From the IMG/VR virus record IMGVR_UViG_3300037312_000757: DNA of 64,000 nucleotides. One strand, 5' to 3'. The translations under genes were made by a program, and so were the position numbers. This DNA is from a virus. Its lineage: Duplodnaviria; Heunggongvirae; Uroviricota; Caudoviricetes. This document shows positions 1 through 10,324 of the stretch, piece by piece (the first letter of the stretch is position 1; each line of letters begins with the position of its first letter). The notes under the pieces are model-generated. The model did no database searches. It saw nothing but the letters and a program-made list of their open reading frames with translations, and was not told the DNA's origin.

Positions 1-1980
1 AACAGCATCCAGACGATTGCGGAATTCAGGCGAGAACGTCTTTTCAACCGCCTTGTCGACTTCACCAGAACGCGTTTCTGTAGCGAAGCCAACTGCCTTG
101 CCTGCTGCCATCGTTGCGCCCGCGTTCGACGTCATGATAACATAGACGTTGTTGAAATACACGGTCTTGCCATTGCTGTTGGTAATCTTGCCGTCATCAA
201 ACACCTGGAGCAGAATGTTGTAGATGTTCGGGTGCGCCTTCTCGAACTCGTCGAGCAGCAACACGCAACTTGGCGACTGTTCGATCGCGTTCGTCAGCAA
301 GCCGCTACCAGCACCACCTTCACCGTGGCCAACATAACCAGGAGGTGAACCGATCAGCTTCGACACCGAGTGTTGTTCCATGTACTCAGACATGTCAAAC
401 TTCACCAGCGGAATGCCCATTGTGTCAGCCAGGGTACGCGCCATTTCCGTCTTACCGACGCCGGTCGGACCAACGAACAAGAACACACCAGCAGGCTTGT
501 TATCTTCACGCAGACCAGCACGCGACAGATACACAGCGTTCGTCAGCGATTCGATCGCTTGATCTTGACCGAACACATTCTTACGCATGTTGGGATCCAG
601 CATACGCAGCTTCGAGACTTCATCTTCTGCCACGTCAGTCGACGGAATGTTACCCAGCTTCGCTACTTCGAACATGATCTGTTCGACGTCGATCACACGG
701 AGACGGTTTTCTTCACCTCGAGCACGGTCACGCGCGCCAGCTTGGTCGATTGCGTCGAATGCCTTGTCCGGCAGGAATTGGTTCGGGATGTATTGTGCAG
801 TCAGTTCAACTGCCTTGTCGATCGCTGCTTCAGTGTACGTGACACCATGGTGCTTTTCGAAACGTTCCTTCACACCACGCAGAATCAGCTTTGCTTCTGC
901 GATCGTCGGTTCGTTCACCATGATCTTCTTGAAGCGACGGAGCAGTGCGCGATCCTTCTCGAACTTTGCACGGAACTCGTCATACGTAGTGCTACCGATC
1001 ACACGCAGTTGTCCGCGCGCCAATGCCGGTTTCAGCAAGTTCGACACGTCCATCGAACCCTGCGAGCCACCACCTGCACCCATGATCATGTGGATTTCGT
1101 CGATGAAGAGAATCGGCTCTTCGATCAGTTCAAGCGCTTTCAGGATGTTCTTCATGCGCTCTTCGAAGTCGCCACGGAACTTCGTACCAGCGACCAGTGC
1201 GCCAACGTCGAGGCTGTAAACCGTCGAATTATGCAGCACTTCCGGCACCTCCTTGTTCACGATCTTCAGCGCAAGACCTTCGGCGATTGCCGTTTTACCG
1301 ACACCAGGTTCACCAACCAGCACAGCGTTGTTCTTCGTGCGACGCGCAGTGATCACAACCAACTGATCAACTTCTTCCTCGCGGCCGATCATCGGATCAA
1401 GCTTGTCTTCTGCTGCCAACTCGTTGAGGTTCTTCGCATATTGCGCGAGATACGCAATCGCGTCTTCCTTCGTCTTGATCTGAACTTGCTGACCACCTTC
1501 GCCACCCATGCCTGCAGGTGCGCGACCTTGAGATGCACCAGTCGAACCAGTGCCATGCGACAGGTAGCTCTTGACTGCTTCCAGCGTGATACCTTCTTCG
1601 AGAAGGAAGACCGCAGCGTGGCTGTTGTCTTGTTGCAGAATCGTCACGATCAGGTCAGTAGCGCGTACTTCTTTGCGGCTGCTGAAAATCACTTGCGCGA
1701 CAGCGGTTTGCACAACACGTTTCAACGCGTCAGTGTCGATGGGTTCTTGACCAGCCGAAACCGTCGGGACCATGCCGTGATCGAAGAACTGGGTGAGACG
1801 AGCGTTGATTTCGCCTTCATCGCCATTCAGCTCCTTGATCAGCTTCTGGACGTCTGGTTCCACCATCAGCGCCTGAAGCAAGTGTTCCAGGGTGACGTAT
1901 TCGTGCTTGAGCGTAGCTGCGAGATCGTATGCGACCTTGAGAACTCGCGAGATGTCGCTCATATTGATATCATTACTCAT
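1..1980 (-). CDS. clpA: ATP-dependent Clp protease ATP-binding subunit ClpA (3' end runs off the window)
   Basis: Not in the ORF track; manual minus-strand translation from ATG at 1980 gives [35 protein letters not shown], Walker [16 protein letters not shown], Walker B FIDEIHMI, second Walker [20 protein letters not shown] and [11 protein letters not shown]. Start overlaps the upstream stop (ATGA). Confidence 0.95.
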   Translation of the reverse strand, partial: MSNDINMSDISRVLKVAYDLAATLKHEYVTLEHLLQALMVEPDVQKLIKELNGDEGEINARLTQFFDHGMVPTVSAGQEPIDTDALKRVVQTAVAQVIFSSRKEVRATDLIVTILQQDNSHAAVFLLEEGITLEAVKSYLSHGTGSTGASQGRAPAGMGGEGGQQVQIKTKEDAIAYLAQYAKNLNELAAEDKLDPMIGREEEVDQLVVITARRTKNNAVLVGEPGVGKTAIAEGLALKIVNKEVPEVLHNSTVYSLDVGALVAGTKFRGDFEERMKNILKALELIEEPILFIDEIHMIMGAGGGSQGSMDVSNLLKPALARGQLRVIGSTTYDEFRAKFEKDRALLRRFKKIMVNEPTIAEAKLILRGVKERFEKHHGVTYTEAAIDKAVELTAQYIPNQFLPDKAFDAIDQAGARDRARGEENRLRVIDVEQIMFEVAKLGNIPSTDVAEDEVSKLRMLDPNMRKNVFGQDQAIESLTNAVYLSRAGLREDNKPAGVFLFVGPTGVGKTEMARTLADTMGIPLVKFDMSEYMEQHSVSKLIGSPPGYVGHGEGGAGSGLLTNAIEQSPSCVLLLDEFEKAHPNIYNILLQVFDDGKITNSNGKTVYFNNVYVIMTSNAGATMAAGKAVGFATETRSGEVDKAVEKTFSPEFRNRLDAV

Positions 1981-2484
1981 GTGCGCATGTTCCTCTTCAA
2001 TTTGCTTTGGCGCTGTCTTGCAATCTGGAGCGATGCTCCTCCGACCTTAGATGTGAATACGATGCCATCTAAATGTTCAAGTTCGTGCAAAAAAACATCT
2101 TGCATCGATACCTTGCAACGATTCTACAACAAAATTGCCAGTTGTGTTTTGATATTTGCCAGTTATTTTTTCTGGCCGTTTCACACCCAGGTAAAGAAGT
2201 GGGAAACTTAGACATCCTTCCGTCCCAGATTGGGCTTCCTCTGAGACTTCCAGAATTTCTGGGTTGTAGCAAGTGATGAACGTGCCATCTTGCTTCTGCA
2301 TGACGAAGAAGCGCTCGCTAATACCAACTTGGGGAGCGGCGAGACCAATGCCACTACTTGCTTGCATCGCCTCTACCATTTGACCTTCGAGAGTAGATCG
2401 TTCTTCTTCAGTCGACTGGCTGAAATCATACTCAGTCGTTTTCTGCTTCAAAACAGGGTTATTCTCGTCTACTAATTTGAGCAT
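1977..2484 (-). pseudogene. def: Peptide deformylase, frameshifted in a T7 run (or sequencing error)
   Basis: GIGLAAPQVG and EGCLS motifs lie in ORF 2077..2484. The HELEH metal motif and C-terminus (CFLHELEHLDGIVFTSKV...NMRT*) are in the next frame after the A7 run at 2089-2095, ending at a TGA that overlaps the clpA ATG. Confidence 0.9.
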
Positions 2485-2839
2485 TCGATAAGTTGCTATC
2501 TAAAATGGCGCGCACTTTATTGATTGCGCTTTCAGCTATTCTAGCACAATTTGGCACATTGCCTAGATGCGTGATGTGCCGTATGTCAAATCTTTCTTGC
2601 AAAGTGGCTTGCCAAATCTTCTGGCGTATGTTTGCCACTTCTTCAAAAGTCATCGTGTTTTCTTTTCTAACGCCAACCTCCTGATCATGCAGGTAGTATT
2701 CGGCGTTCATGATCTCAGTATCGATCTGTTGGGTATAGCCGGCGCAGTCAAGAATGTCTCTCGACTGCGCATGGACTGAAAAGCTGATGAAACACAATAG
2801 AACGGCAAAAATTCGCACGGTTCCCTCCGGTGTAATCAT
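2459..2839 (-). CDS. Hypothetical secreted/periplasmic protein
   Basis: 126 aa with a signal peptide-like N-terminus (FAVLLCFISFSVHA) and two Cys; in operon context. Confidence 0.65.
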   Translation of the reverse strand: MITPEGTVRIFAVLLCFISFSVHAQSRDILDCAGYTQQIDTEIMNAEYYLHDQEVGVRKENTMTFEEVANIRQKIWQATLQERFDIRHITHLGNVPNCARIAESAINKVRAILDSNLSNAQISRRE

Positions 2840-2874
2840 TCACTCACCAGATGATTACACCGTTGGAAATAAAG

Positions 2875-3789
2875 TCAATAGTCGAGGTTTTGGATTTCAG
2901 CTGCGAGTGCTGAATTGACAGAATCAGGCCAATGCATGTTCAGCTCAACGAAAAGGTCCCCACGGACCTTCGTGTTCATTACTGACATGCCGTGCCCTGG
3001 GATACGAATGCGCGTGCCTGGCTTTGTTCCAGGACGAATGGTGATGTCGAATTCGGTGTCATCGATCGTACCAATTCGAACTTGCGATCCGCCGAGAAGA
3101 TCCAGCACGTGAATGTCTTTCTTCAGAACCAAGTTCTGAGCTTCACGTATGAATTCTTTGTGTTCGGTGACTGTAATGTGAACGTAAAGGTCGCCAGCAG
3201 GACGGCGAGTGTTTCGACGTGAACCAGCTGCCGCACAGCGAATCTTCTTACCAGTGTCGATACCAGCAGGAATGTTCAACAACACTGAGCGACGTTCACC
3301 GTCGATGGTGTAGGTGACAGTGGTCTGTTTACCCTTGAACGCTTCTTCTAGGGTGATTTGCATGTCGAAGTATGCGTGCTCGTTTGCTCGTTCGTATTCG
3401 TAATCATAGTAGCTTTGCCTACCTTGATTCGTCTTACGCATCCATTCATCTGCATCATAGGACCAGTTGGCGTTTCGGTCAGCTTCCTTGAAGTCTTTGA
3501 AGATGTCGTCCCAGTTATAGCGCCGTCCCGTCGAGTATTGGGAGTCGTTGTCATTGAACTTAGTGCTGTACTTGGAACGACGCTTACGGTCATAGACCGC
3601 GCGCTTTTCTGTCGTTTCGACAGTCTCGAACGCTTCTTTCACACGTTTGAAATTCTTCTCAGCTTCCTCGATGTTATCGGGGTTCCGATCCGGGTGCCAT
3701 TTCATGGCAAGCTTGCGATACGCCTTCTTGATCTCGTCGTCGTTCGCAGTCTCGGCTACTCCTAGAATTTCATACGCACTTTCGTTCAT
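2875..3789 (-). CDS. dnaJ: DnaJ-class co-chaperone (J domain + DnaJ C-terminal domain, no zinc finger; CbpA-like)
   Basis: YEILGV...IKKAYRKLAMKWHPDRNP J domain; ITLEEAF, IPAG, GDLYV and GDLFV C-terminal motifs. Confidence 0.92.
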   Translation of the reverse strand: MNESAYEILGVAETANDDEIKKAYRKLAMKWHPDRNPDNIEEAEKNFKRVKEAFETVETTEKRAVYDRKRRSKYSTKFNDNDSQYSTGRRYNWDDIFKDFKEADRNANWSYDADEWMRKTNQGRQSYYDYEYERANEHAYFDMQITLEEAFKGKQTTVTYTIDGERRSVLLNIPAGIDTGKKIRCAAAGSRRNTRRPAGDLYVHITVTEHKEFIREAQNLVLKKDIHVLDLLGGSQVRIGTIDDTEFDITIRPGTKPGTRIRIPGHGMSVMNTKVRGDLFVELNMHWPDSVNSALAAEIQNLDY

Positions 3790-4190
3790 TTGGCTTTTTT
3801 GTCAGTAGTCGCTGGGGTTGCCACCGCTTGCGGGGTGCCACTTTGTTGCGACTTTAACACATCTGCCAAATAATCAATAGTCTTCTTTTGTTCGAGAATG
3901 TATCGACGAAGTTCCTGCACGTTTGAGATCATGATCTCCATATTGGAACGATCAAGTACGTAGAACTGGGCCGTAGGGTTGGCCTGAAGTTGTGACTGGA
4001 AAGTACCAAATGTTTGCGCAGTAACCAACTGATACTTCATGTTTTGCAAGTTAGTTGGTGTAGGAACAGGGATTGAAACTGGTGGACGATCAGCAATCGT
4101 AGTCACTGCGACTGGTTGCTGTGTTGCACAACCAGCCATAACGGCAACTGCGCCAATTACTGCCAGCCATTTACTGACGTGACGCATCAT
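3786..4190 (-). CDS. o-spanin (Rz1-like outer-membrane lipoprotein)
   Basis: Lipobox VMAGC, Pro-rich linker, overlaps the upstream TM/coiled-coil gene. Confidence 0.75.
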   Translation of the reverse strand: MMRHVSKWLAVIGAVAVMAGCATQQPVAVTTIADRPPVSIPVPTPTNLQNMKYQLVTAQTFGTFQSQLQANPTAQFYVLDRSNMEIMISNVQELRRYILEQKKTIDYLADVLKSQQSGTPQAVATPATTDKKAK

Positions 4191-4614
4191 TTACATCCTG
4201 AAAAAGTTGATTGATGTTTGTATTGATCTGGCTTTCTGCCTCAGTTGGCTTTGACTTAACCAGATTCTGATACTGTTGACTGTTGAAAGTAGTCGAAACC
4301 TTGTTGGAATTCATACGGATTTCAGCAATCTGCTTGTTATAGCTGTCAGTCAAGATCTTCAGGTTAGCCAGATCACTCTTCATCAAAGCCTGAGCCGCAT
4401 TGGCTTGGTTGATGGCGATCTGTTGTGCTTCAATCTGCTTTGTCAGAGTGTCAATCTTGTTCTGCTCATAGCTGAGGTACCATCGAACGCCGAAGAATCC
4501 AGCAACAATGGCTCCCAGGAAAAACAGCGTCAGGTATAGCTTGGCACTGGTGAAGATAGCTCCGATCGGGGTTGCCTTTGCAGCAACTTCTACGGCTTCT
4601 GTAGTTACGCTCAT
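4171..4614 (-). CDS. i-spanin (Rz-like inner-membrane protein)
   Basis: Single N-terminal TM followed by coiled coil; overlaps the lipoprotein gene. Start MSVTTE follows a GGAG RBS. Confidence 0.75.
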   Translation of the reverse strand: MSVTTEAVEVAAKATPIGAIFTSAKLYLTLFFLGAIVAGFFGVRWYLSYEQNKIDTLTKQIEAQQIAINQANAAQALMKSDLANLKILTDSYNKQIAEIRMNSNKVSTTFNSQQYQNLVKSKPTEAESQINTNINQLFQDVNDASRQ

Positions 4615-4632
4615 AATTTGCTCCAAAAATAT

Positions 4633-4656
4633 GGTCCCGGTATTTATGCCGGGACC
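4633..4656 (-). promoter_or_regulatory. Terminator-like hairpin whose loop is a late-promoter motif (CATAAATA)
   Basis: Minus strand reads GGTCCCGG-CATAAATA-CCGGGACC-ATATTTTT, directly upstream of the spanin RBS. Confidence 0.65.
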
Positions 4657-4724
4657 CTTACGTACAGCTTACATTTTGTTACGATTGCGGAAGCTTAGAA
4701 GATCAAAGCTCTTTGATGGTTACA

Positions 4725-6668
4725 TTATGACGCCAAACCCAAGAGTGTTACTGATACTGATGCAATAGTCGCATCGGCTGATGCTGGTGCGGTAACCGTC
4801 AGCACTTGACCAGGACTCAACGAGAACGATGAACTTGCAGTAAATGTTGCAGTATTCGATCCAGCGGCAAATACCATTGTGCCAACGTCTGTGCCATTTG
4901 CATTAATCGTGAACGTAGTTGATGCGGTTGGAACAACGGCTGCATAACCTTGAGAGTTGGTCAATCCAGCAGGGAATGTTACGGTGCGTCCACTAACAAA
5001 CTGAACAATCAGTTGATTTGCAGCAATTGCACCAAAAGCGCGATCTTTCACGTCATAGTATTTCTGTGCCTGAACAAACGCTGTTGTGGCCAGTGTGGTT
5101 GAGCTATCAGTCAGACGTGGCGTTGGAGCAGTTGGAGAACCGCTGAATGCAGGGCTTGCCAATAGAGCACCACCAGCATTTGCAATATCTGCTTGTTGAA
5201 GAGACACGGCCCCGGCACGTCCATTAAAAGATGTCACAGCGCTACTGGAAATAGCAGTCGCAACGAATGCAGTTGTTGCCAGATTTGCTGAATTATCCCC
5301 TGCCGCTGGTGTAGGTGCTGTTGGTGTGCCACTAAAAGCTGGACTCACAATATTCGCTGGTGTGAAGCCAATAGCGGTAGTCACGTCATCCGACGTCAAC
5401 GTAACAGGACCCAATCGAGTATTGAACGAGGTCACTGAGTTGTTCGCAATTGCAGACTTAACGAACTGAGTATTCGCCAAGACATGTGAATTATCAGCAG
5501 CTGACGCCGTTGGTGCAGTTGGTGTACCACTGAATGCTGGCGAAGCCAACAATGCACCACCCGCTGAAGTAATGTCGTTACCATTGAACGTAACTGCACC
5601 AGTACGGGTATTGAATGATGTTACTGCACCAGATACAGCAGTTGATACAGCTGATGTAACGAATTCTGTTGTTGCAATCTGAGTTGTGTTTGTGCCTGCC
5701 GTCGCAGTTGGAGCCGCTGGAGCTCCAGTAAATGTTGGTGATTCAATCAAAGCACCACCAGCATTAGTCAAGTCAGCAGAAGTAAGCGTAACGTTACCGC
5801 TTCGTGTGTTAAACGAAACCACACCCGTCGCCGCCGGCTTGTTGATCAGATCATTGTAGTCACCTGAGTAAGCCGCATTTGCAAGGAACAGACCAACCCA
5901 CTTGCTTGAATTCTTGTCAAACGCCAAAACCTTCTTGTCATCGGCGGCTGTTTCTGTGACATTTACGTCGGTCAAACCTGAAAGAGCACTAACGGTTGGC
6001 ACAGTCAAAGTTCCATCTGCGGTAATGTTTACACCATTACCAGCCTTGACGCCACCAAGGATAGTGTTCGTAGCAACAGGAAGAGAATATGGCGCTGGGG
6101 TGTTTGCAAGGTCAGTGTATGATCCTGATGTTGCCACCGCAGACAATGATGGCAAATTCTGCAAATCTGAGTAAGAACCAGTCTTTGCCACCGCAGCCAG
6201 TTGTTGAGCCACCCATTTTGTTTGGCTATTGCTGAATGCTAGGAAATATCCGTCAATACTTGCACCTTCCGTCACTAGAACGTCAGTCAATTGCTCAAGT
6301 TGCTGCGCCCCCGAATCGATATGCAAGTTTGCAATAGCGCTTGTAACAAATGCGGTGGTAGCAATCTGTGTTGAGTTAGCACCAGGTGTTGCAGTGGGTG
6401 CTGTTGGAGTACCAGTAAAGGCTGGCGAATTGGTTCCAATCGGAGTATAACCAAGTGCGAGGGTCACGTCTGAGGATGTCAGAGTAATATCACCCCTACG
6501 TTGGTTGAAAGAAGTAATACCACCAACCTGTACCATTTGGCCAGTAGTTCCATTCTTCTTGACGATATAAAGCGCACCATCAGCATTGTTGATAGCAATG
6601 TCAGTGAGTGCCATCTGGCTTGGTGCTGGAACTTCACCAGACACCAATGAATTTCTAATAATACCCAT
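4725..6668 (-). CDS. Tail fibre-like protein with tandem shaft repeats
   Basis: 647 aa; five copies of TSFNxRxGxVTL...SPAFxGxPTAPT...ATTxFV plus SYxDL motifs. Confidence 0.85.
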   Translation of the reverse strand: MGIIRNSLVSGEVPAPSQMALTDIAINNADGALYIVKKNGTTGQMVQVGGITSFNQRRGDITLTSSDVTLALGYTPIGTNSPAFTGTPTAPTATPGANSTQIATTAFVTSAIANLHIDSGAQQLEQLTDVLVTEGASIDGYFLAFSNSQTKWVAQQLAAVAKTGSYSDLQNLPSLSAVATSGSYTDLANTPAPYSLPVATNTILGGVKAGNGVNITADGTLTVPTVSALSGLTDVNVTETAADDKKVLAFDKNSSKWVGLFLANAAYSGDYNDLINKPAATGVVSFNTRSGNVTLTSADLTNAGGALIESPTFTGAPAAPTATAGTNTTQIATTEFVTSAVSTAVSGAVTSFNTRTGAVTFNGNDITSAGGALLASPAFSGTPTAPTASAADNSHVLANTQFVKSAIANNSVTSFNTRLGPVTLTSDDVTTAIGFTPANIVSPAFSGTPTAPTPAAGDNSANLATTAFVATAISSSAVTSFNGRAGAVSLQQADIANAGGALLASPAFSGSPTAPTPRLTDSSTTLATTAFVQAQKYYDVKDRAFGAIAANQLIVQFVSGRTVTFPAGLTNSQGYAAVVPTASTTFTINANGTDVGTMVFAAGSNTATFTASSSFSLSPGQVLTVTAPASADATIASVSVTLLGLAS

Positions 6669-6677
6669 TTGCTATCC

Positions 6678-7844
6678 TTATGCGAATGTTGAGTTCATTG
6701 AGAACCAAGTTGCACCGTCAGAACAGAATACCAACTGTGATTGGTTAGGCATCGAGAGACCCACGTTCACAGCTTGGTAATTCACGTAATTACCAGATGG
6801 TGGGTAAACAATGATTGTCTGGCCAGAATTGTTCACAACAAAGCACGTCGCACCAGCAACGGCTGATGGCATAATCACACCAGCATTTGCAGCACTTGCG
6901 CTAGTCACAAAACAGCATTCTGTTGTCATAGCTGTGGCGGTGCCTTGAGTTGTGCCCGCTGCCGCATACGTACTGTTTGAACGAATTGTGCGGGCGGCGA
7001 ATGTTGTCGTAGTTTGGAAAGTGGTACCGGCCGTGTTAGAAAACGTAACTTGTGGCACTGTATTACATGTGATACCAAACACACCATCTGAAATATGGTA
7101 CAAACCCGTATCGATCGCACCATCATTCACGAACGACAGACCAGGAGCACTAGCTGAGCCTTCAGGGATATACACACGACCTGTGAAAGTTGGATTGGCC
7201 AGTGTCGCGTAATTGCTTGGTGTGAAGTTACCAGCATCCCACGCCAGATTGCCATTGAATGTAGGACGTACTGATGTGTTGATTGCGGTAACCGCATTAC
7301 CAGAACGAGTTGCAGACAACCAAGGTACACCAGTTGTCCAAGCATCGTCAATCGTACGGAAAGACAATACGGTGGGACTAGTGTTGATATCCCATTTCTT
7401 GGAATCGGTGGCGCCAGAGCCATTAATTAGTAGGACTGAACCGCCGCCGTTAACACCAATTGACGTAGCTGAAGCACTCTGGGTGGTATAAAGACCACCC
7501 GTGAAATTGGTAAGACCAGTAAATGTGCCAGTAGTACCAGAAATAGTGCCACCGGCAATATTTGCAGTTATGGTACCAGCTGAGAAGTTACCAGACGCAT
7601 CTCTTGAAACAATCGTATTTGATGTTAGGTTAGGAGTCGCGTTTGTGCTCACTTGGATAGTACCAGCACCGTTTGTCAGTGAGATACCATTTGCCCCTGT
7701 TAGCGAACCAACGGACCAACGATTATTTGTGGCGTCACCGATCATCAACTGACCGTTATTTGGGGTAGAGCCACCAACACTTGTAATGTAGCCTGAAATT
7801 TGCAGGCCATTGTTTACGACAAAATCTTTTGTATAGACTGTCAT
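6678..7844 (-). CDS. Tail fibre/virion protein
   Basis: 388 aa, G/T/N rich; KDFVVNNGL N-terminus paralogous to 7947..9554; PGLSF..DTGLY fibre motif. Confidence 0.75.
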   Translation of the reverse strand: MTVYTKDFVVNNGLQISGYITSVGGSTPNNGQLMIGDATNNRWSVGSLTGANGISLTNGAGTIQVSTNATPNLTSNTIVSRDASGNFSAGTITANIAGGTISGTTGTFTGLTNFTGGLYTTQSASATSIGVNGGGSVLLINGSGATDSKKWDINTSPTVLSFRTIDDAWTTGVPWLSATRSGNAVTAINTSVRPTFNGNLAWDAGNFTPSNYATLANPTFTGRVYIPEGSASAPGLSFVNDGAIDTGLYHISDGVFGITCNTVPQVTFSNTAGTTFQTTTTFAARTIRSNSTYAAAGTTQGTATAMTTECCFVTSASAANAGVIMPSAVAGATCFVVNNSGQTIIVYPPSGNYVNYQAVNVGLSMPNQSQLVFCSDGATWFSMNSTFA

Positions 7845-7913
7845 TTGATTTCCCTTTCCATCAAATGTTTAAGTCAGTTATTTATTAACTACCACGTTAT
7901 AGTCAGACGTAGA

Positions 7914-7939
7914 AAGAGCGAGTATTCCTACTCGCTCTT
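7914..7939. terminator. Intrinsic terminator
   Basis: AAGAGCGAGTA-ttcc-TACTCGCTCTT. Confidence 0.8.
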
Positions 7940-7946
7940 CATTTGA

Positions 7947-9554
7947 TTACGCTACTAGCAATGTGGCTACTACAGTTACCGTCATAGCAGTGGATGATGC
8001 AGGAGTGAACATCAATGACCAGGTGCCTGTTACGATCTGTGCAGAGAATGAACCAAGCGTACCATTTGATGCAATGATGTCATACGTTGTCAACCAGATG
8101 TTTGTCGCATCAGTAATCATCATGACCTCGCAGGACTGGATATTGTTTGATGCATCCACCACCTGAACCATAAACTTGGCAGTGCTTGAAGTCGTAACCG
8201 CGGTAGAATACACTGCTGTTGGTGTGGTTGATGAAGTAGAAGTAGTTGCTGTATCTAGTGTCGCCTTCTCGATCTTCACTGGGCCGTTGAAAGTAGCGCC
8301 GCCACCGCCTGGTGTTACACCAGCGTTGGTCAGAGCAGTTGTCACAAACGCTGTTGTGGCGATTGATGTGTCGTTATCACCAGCTGCTGGAGTCGGAGCA
8401 GTTGGGTTACCAGTCAATGCTGGGCTTGCCAGAGGAGCAGCACCTGATACGTCTGCCACTGCAAGAACAACGTTACCAGTACGACCTGCCACCGTGACCA
8501 CGTTTGCAGTCAATACACCAGAGCCGTTTACCGTCAGACCAGTGCTGACTGATACTGCACCAACAGCTGACGATGTTGCCAGAGGCATATCAGCAGAAAC
8601 CAATGTGCGGTATGCCACCGCACCATTTGCTGATGAAGGAGCAGCCAGGAATGTGTTCTTTGTTTGGTTACCCCAAGCAGTGATCATATCGGTGGACAAT
8701 AGAATCACGTCTCCGGTACGATCAAACACTGATGTCACTTCTGATGCTACACCATCAATCTTGTCCCATGTGGAACCATTAAACGCGATAATATCGCCAA
8801 TATTCCACTGGGAGATACCGTCGATCGGCGTGGTGCCAGCCACTGAAACTTTGTACATCCAACCCTTTGTACCAACACCACTAGCCAATGATGGTGAGTT
8901 GGTTGACGCGTTCCAAGTACCCTGATAATTCAGACCGCCAACCACGGCTGGAGGCATCTGGCCCATAGGCACGTAGCCGCTTGAATCCAAGCTCGCCACC
9001 CCTCCGGCTACCGCGATGACGTTCGGGTTGACTGGTGTGTAACCAAGCGCACCAGTGACGTCTGATGACTGCAGAACGACTGTTCCTGTGCGACCAAAGA
9101 CTGTTTGGATTGGCGCTGCGGCAGAAGCACGAGCGTTAGTAAAGTACAGGTTTGTACCTTCTGCCACGGCAGAAGTTGTAAAGCTGATGTTTGCTGTACC
9201 GTCGAATGACACACCATTGATAGTACGCGCGGTTTGGAGCTTTGCTGCAGATGTTGCATTGCCTGACAGTGCAGCGGTGATTGTACCAGCTGTGAAGTTA
9301 CCAGACGCATCACGTGAAACAATTGTCGAAGCAGTATTGTTTGATGTTGCGTTTGAAGTCAGAGAGATGGTACCTGGGCCAGGCGTAAAAGTCAGACCGT
9401 TAGTTGCGGTCAGGCTACCAACCGAGAAGCGACCGTTTATTGCATCGCCGATCATGAGCTGGCCGTTTGTTGGAACGACACCGCCTACGGATGTGACATA
9501 TCCACCAAGCTGCAAACCATTTAGGAGAACAAAATCTCTATTGTTCGTTGACAT
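7947..9554 (-). CDS. Tail fibre protein
   Basis: 535 aa; KLQTARTINGVSFDGTANI fibre motif, YQGTWNAS..P.L domain, PTAPT shaft repeat. Confidence 0.85.
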   Translation of the reverse strand: MSTNNRDFVLLNGLQLGGYVTSVGGVVPTNGQLMIGDAINGRFSVGSLTATNGLTFTPGPGTISLTSNATSNNTASTIVSRDASGNFTAGTITAALSGNATSAAKLQTARTINGVSFDGTANISFTTSAVAEGTNLYFTNARASAAAPIQTVFGRTGTVVLQSSDVTGALGYTPVNPNVIAVAGGVASLDSSGYVPMGQMPPAVVGGLNYQGTWNASTNSPSLASGVGTKGWMYKVSVAGTTPIDGISQWNIGDIIAFNGSTWDKIDGVASEVTSVFDRTGDVILLSTDMITAWGNQTKNTFLAAPSSANGAVAYRTLVSADMPLATSSAVGAVSVSTGLTVNGSGVLTANVVTVAGRTGNVVLAVADVSGAAPLASPALTGNPTAPTPAAGDNDTSIATTAFVTTALTNAGVTPGGGGATFNGPVKIEKATLDTATTSTSSTTPTAVYSTAVTTSSTAKFMVQVVDASNNIQSCEVMMITDATNIWLTTYDIIASNGTLGSFSAQIVTGTWSLMFTPASSTAMTVTVVATLLVA

Positions 9555-9568
9555 GAATTAATCCTCAA

Positions 9569-10222
9569 TTAAGTCGTGACATAGGTCGCCACAATGGTTA
9601 CCTTCTTTGTGGACGCCGCTGTTGCTTGGAAAGTCAGAATCACATTACTACCTGACATGGATACGTCGAATGATCCAAGAGGGTTTTGGGTAGTCACCAC
9701 CGCAAAACCTGTCATATCCAATGTTGAACCGTCCGTCACAACCAAAAGCTCCTCTGAGTGGAAAGCATTGGTTGAGGTATCTTGAACCTGGCACATGAAC
9801 TTAACCGTACCACCGGTTGTCGTGTTGAATGTATAGACGGTTGTTACTGCTGTATCGGTAACTGAAGTTTGTTGAGTATCAATGGTTGCATTCTTGACGC
9901 TCAAAGCACTACTAAATGAACCACTTGAGGAGTTAGCGGGGACATAGCCAAGAATGGTACTGATATCACCTGCCGTGATAGCATGCCATTCGAGTGTATT
10001 GGCTGTTGTACTAACTCTGAGGAAGGATCCAGTGGTTGCACCCGTGGCTGGCCAAATCTGGCCATTCAATGCCACTGCACTTGTTGAGAGTTGCAGAGGA
10101 GCTTGCAAACCAGTTCCGTCCTCGACCAGACGTAGGATACCATCTAAGCCACCATTAGTGTTGTTGAGTGTCAACAACGACTTAAAGGTGGAAGCAGGCG
10201 TCTTACCTGAAAGATTTGGCAT
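9569..10222 (-). CDS. Virion protein with conserved N-terminal adapter domain (copy 1 of 4)
   Basis: N-terminus FKSLLTLNNTNGGLDGILRLVEDGTG matches three other genes; C-terminal domain resembles that of 7947..9554. Confidence 0.75.
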   Translation of the reverse strand: MPNLSGKTPASTFKSLLTLNNTNGGLDGILRLVEDGTGLQAPLQLSTSAVALNGQIWPATGATTGSFLRVSTTANTLEWHAITAGDISTILGYVPANSSSGSFSSALSVKNATIDTQQTSVTDTAVTTVYTFNTTTGGTVKFMCQVQDTSTNAFHSEELLVVTDGSTLDMTGFAVVTTQNPLGSFDVSMSGSNVILTFQATAASTKKVTIVATYVTT

Positions 10223-10324
10223 TTCTTATCTCCTCGAACGATTAGTGATATTTATGCCAAGTTTAAGGAGTTCTGCCTGGGTTTGATAGACTCAGACTAT
10301 TATCAGTGAGTAATTGATAGTCTT

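Noticed and set aside
370-2211. 613-aa plus-strand ORF
   Set aside because: Antisense shadow of clpA; all recognisable AAA+ motifs are on the minus strand.
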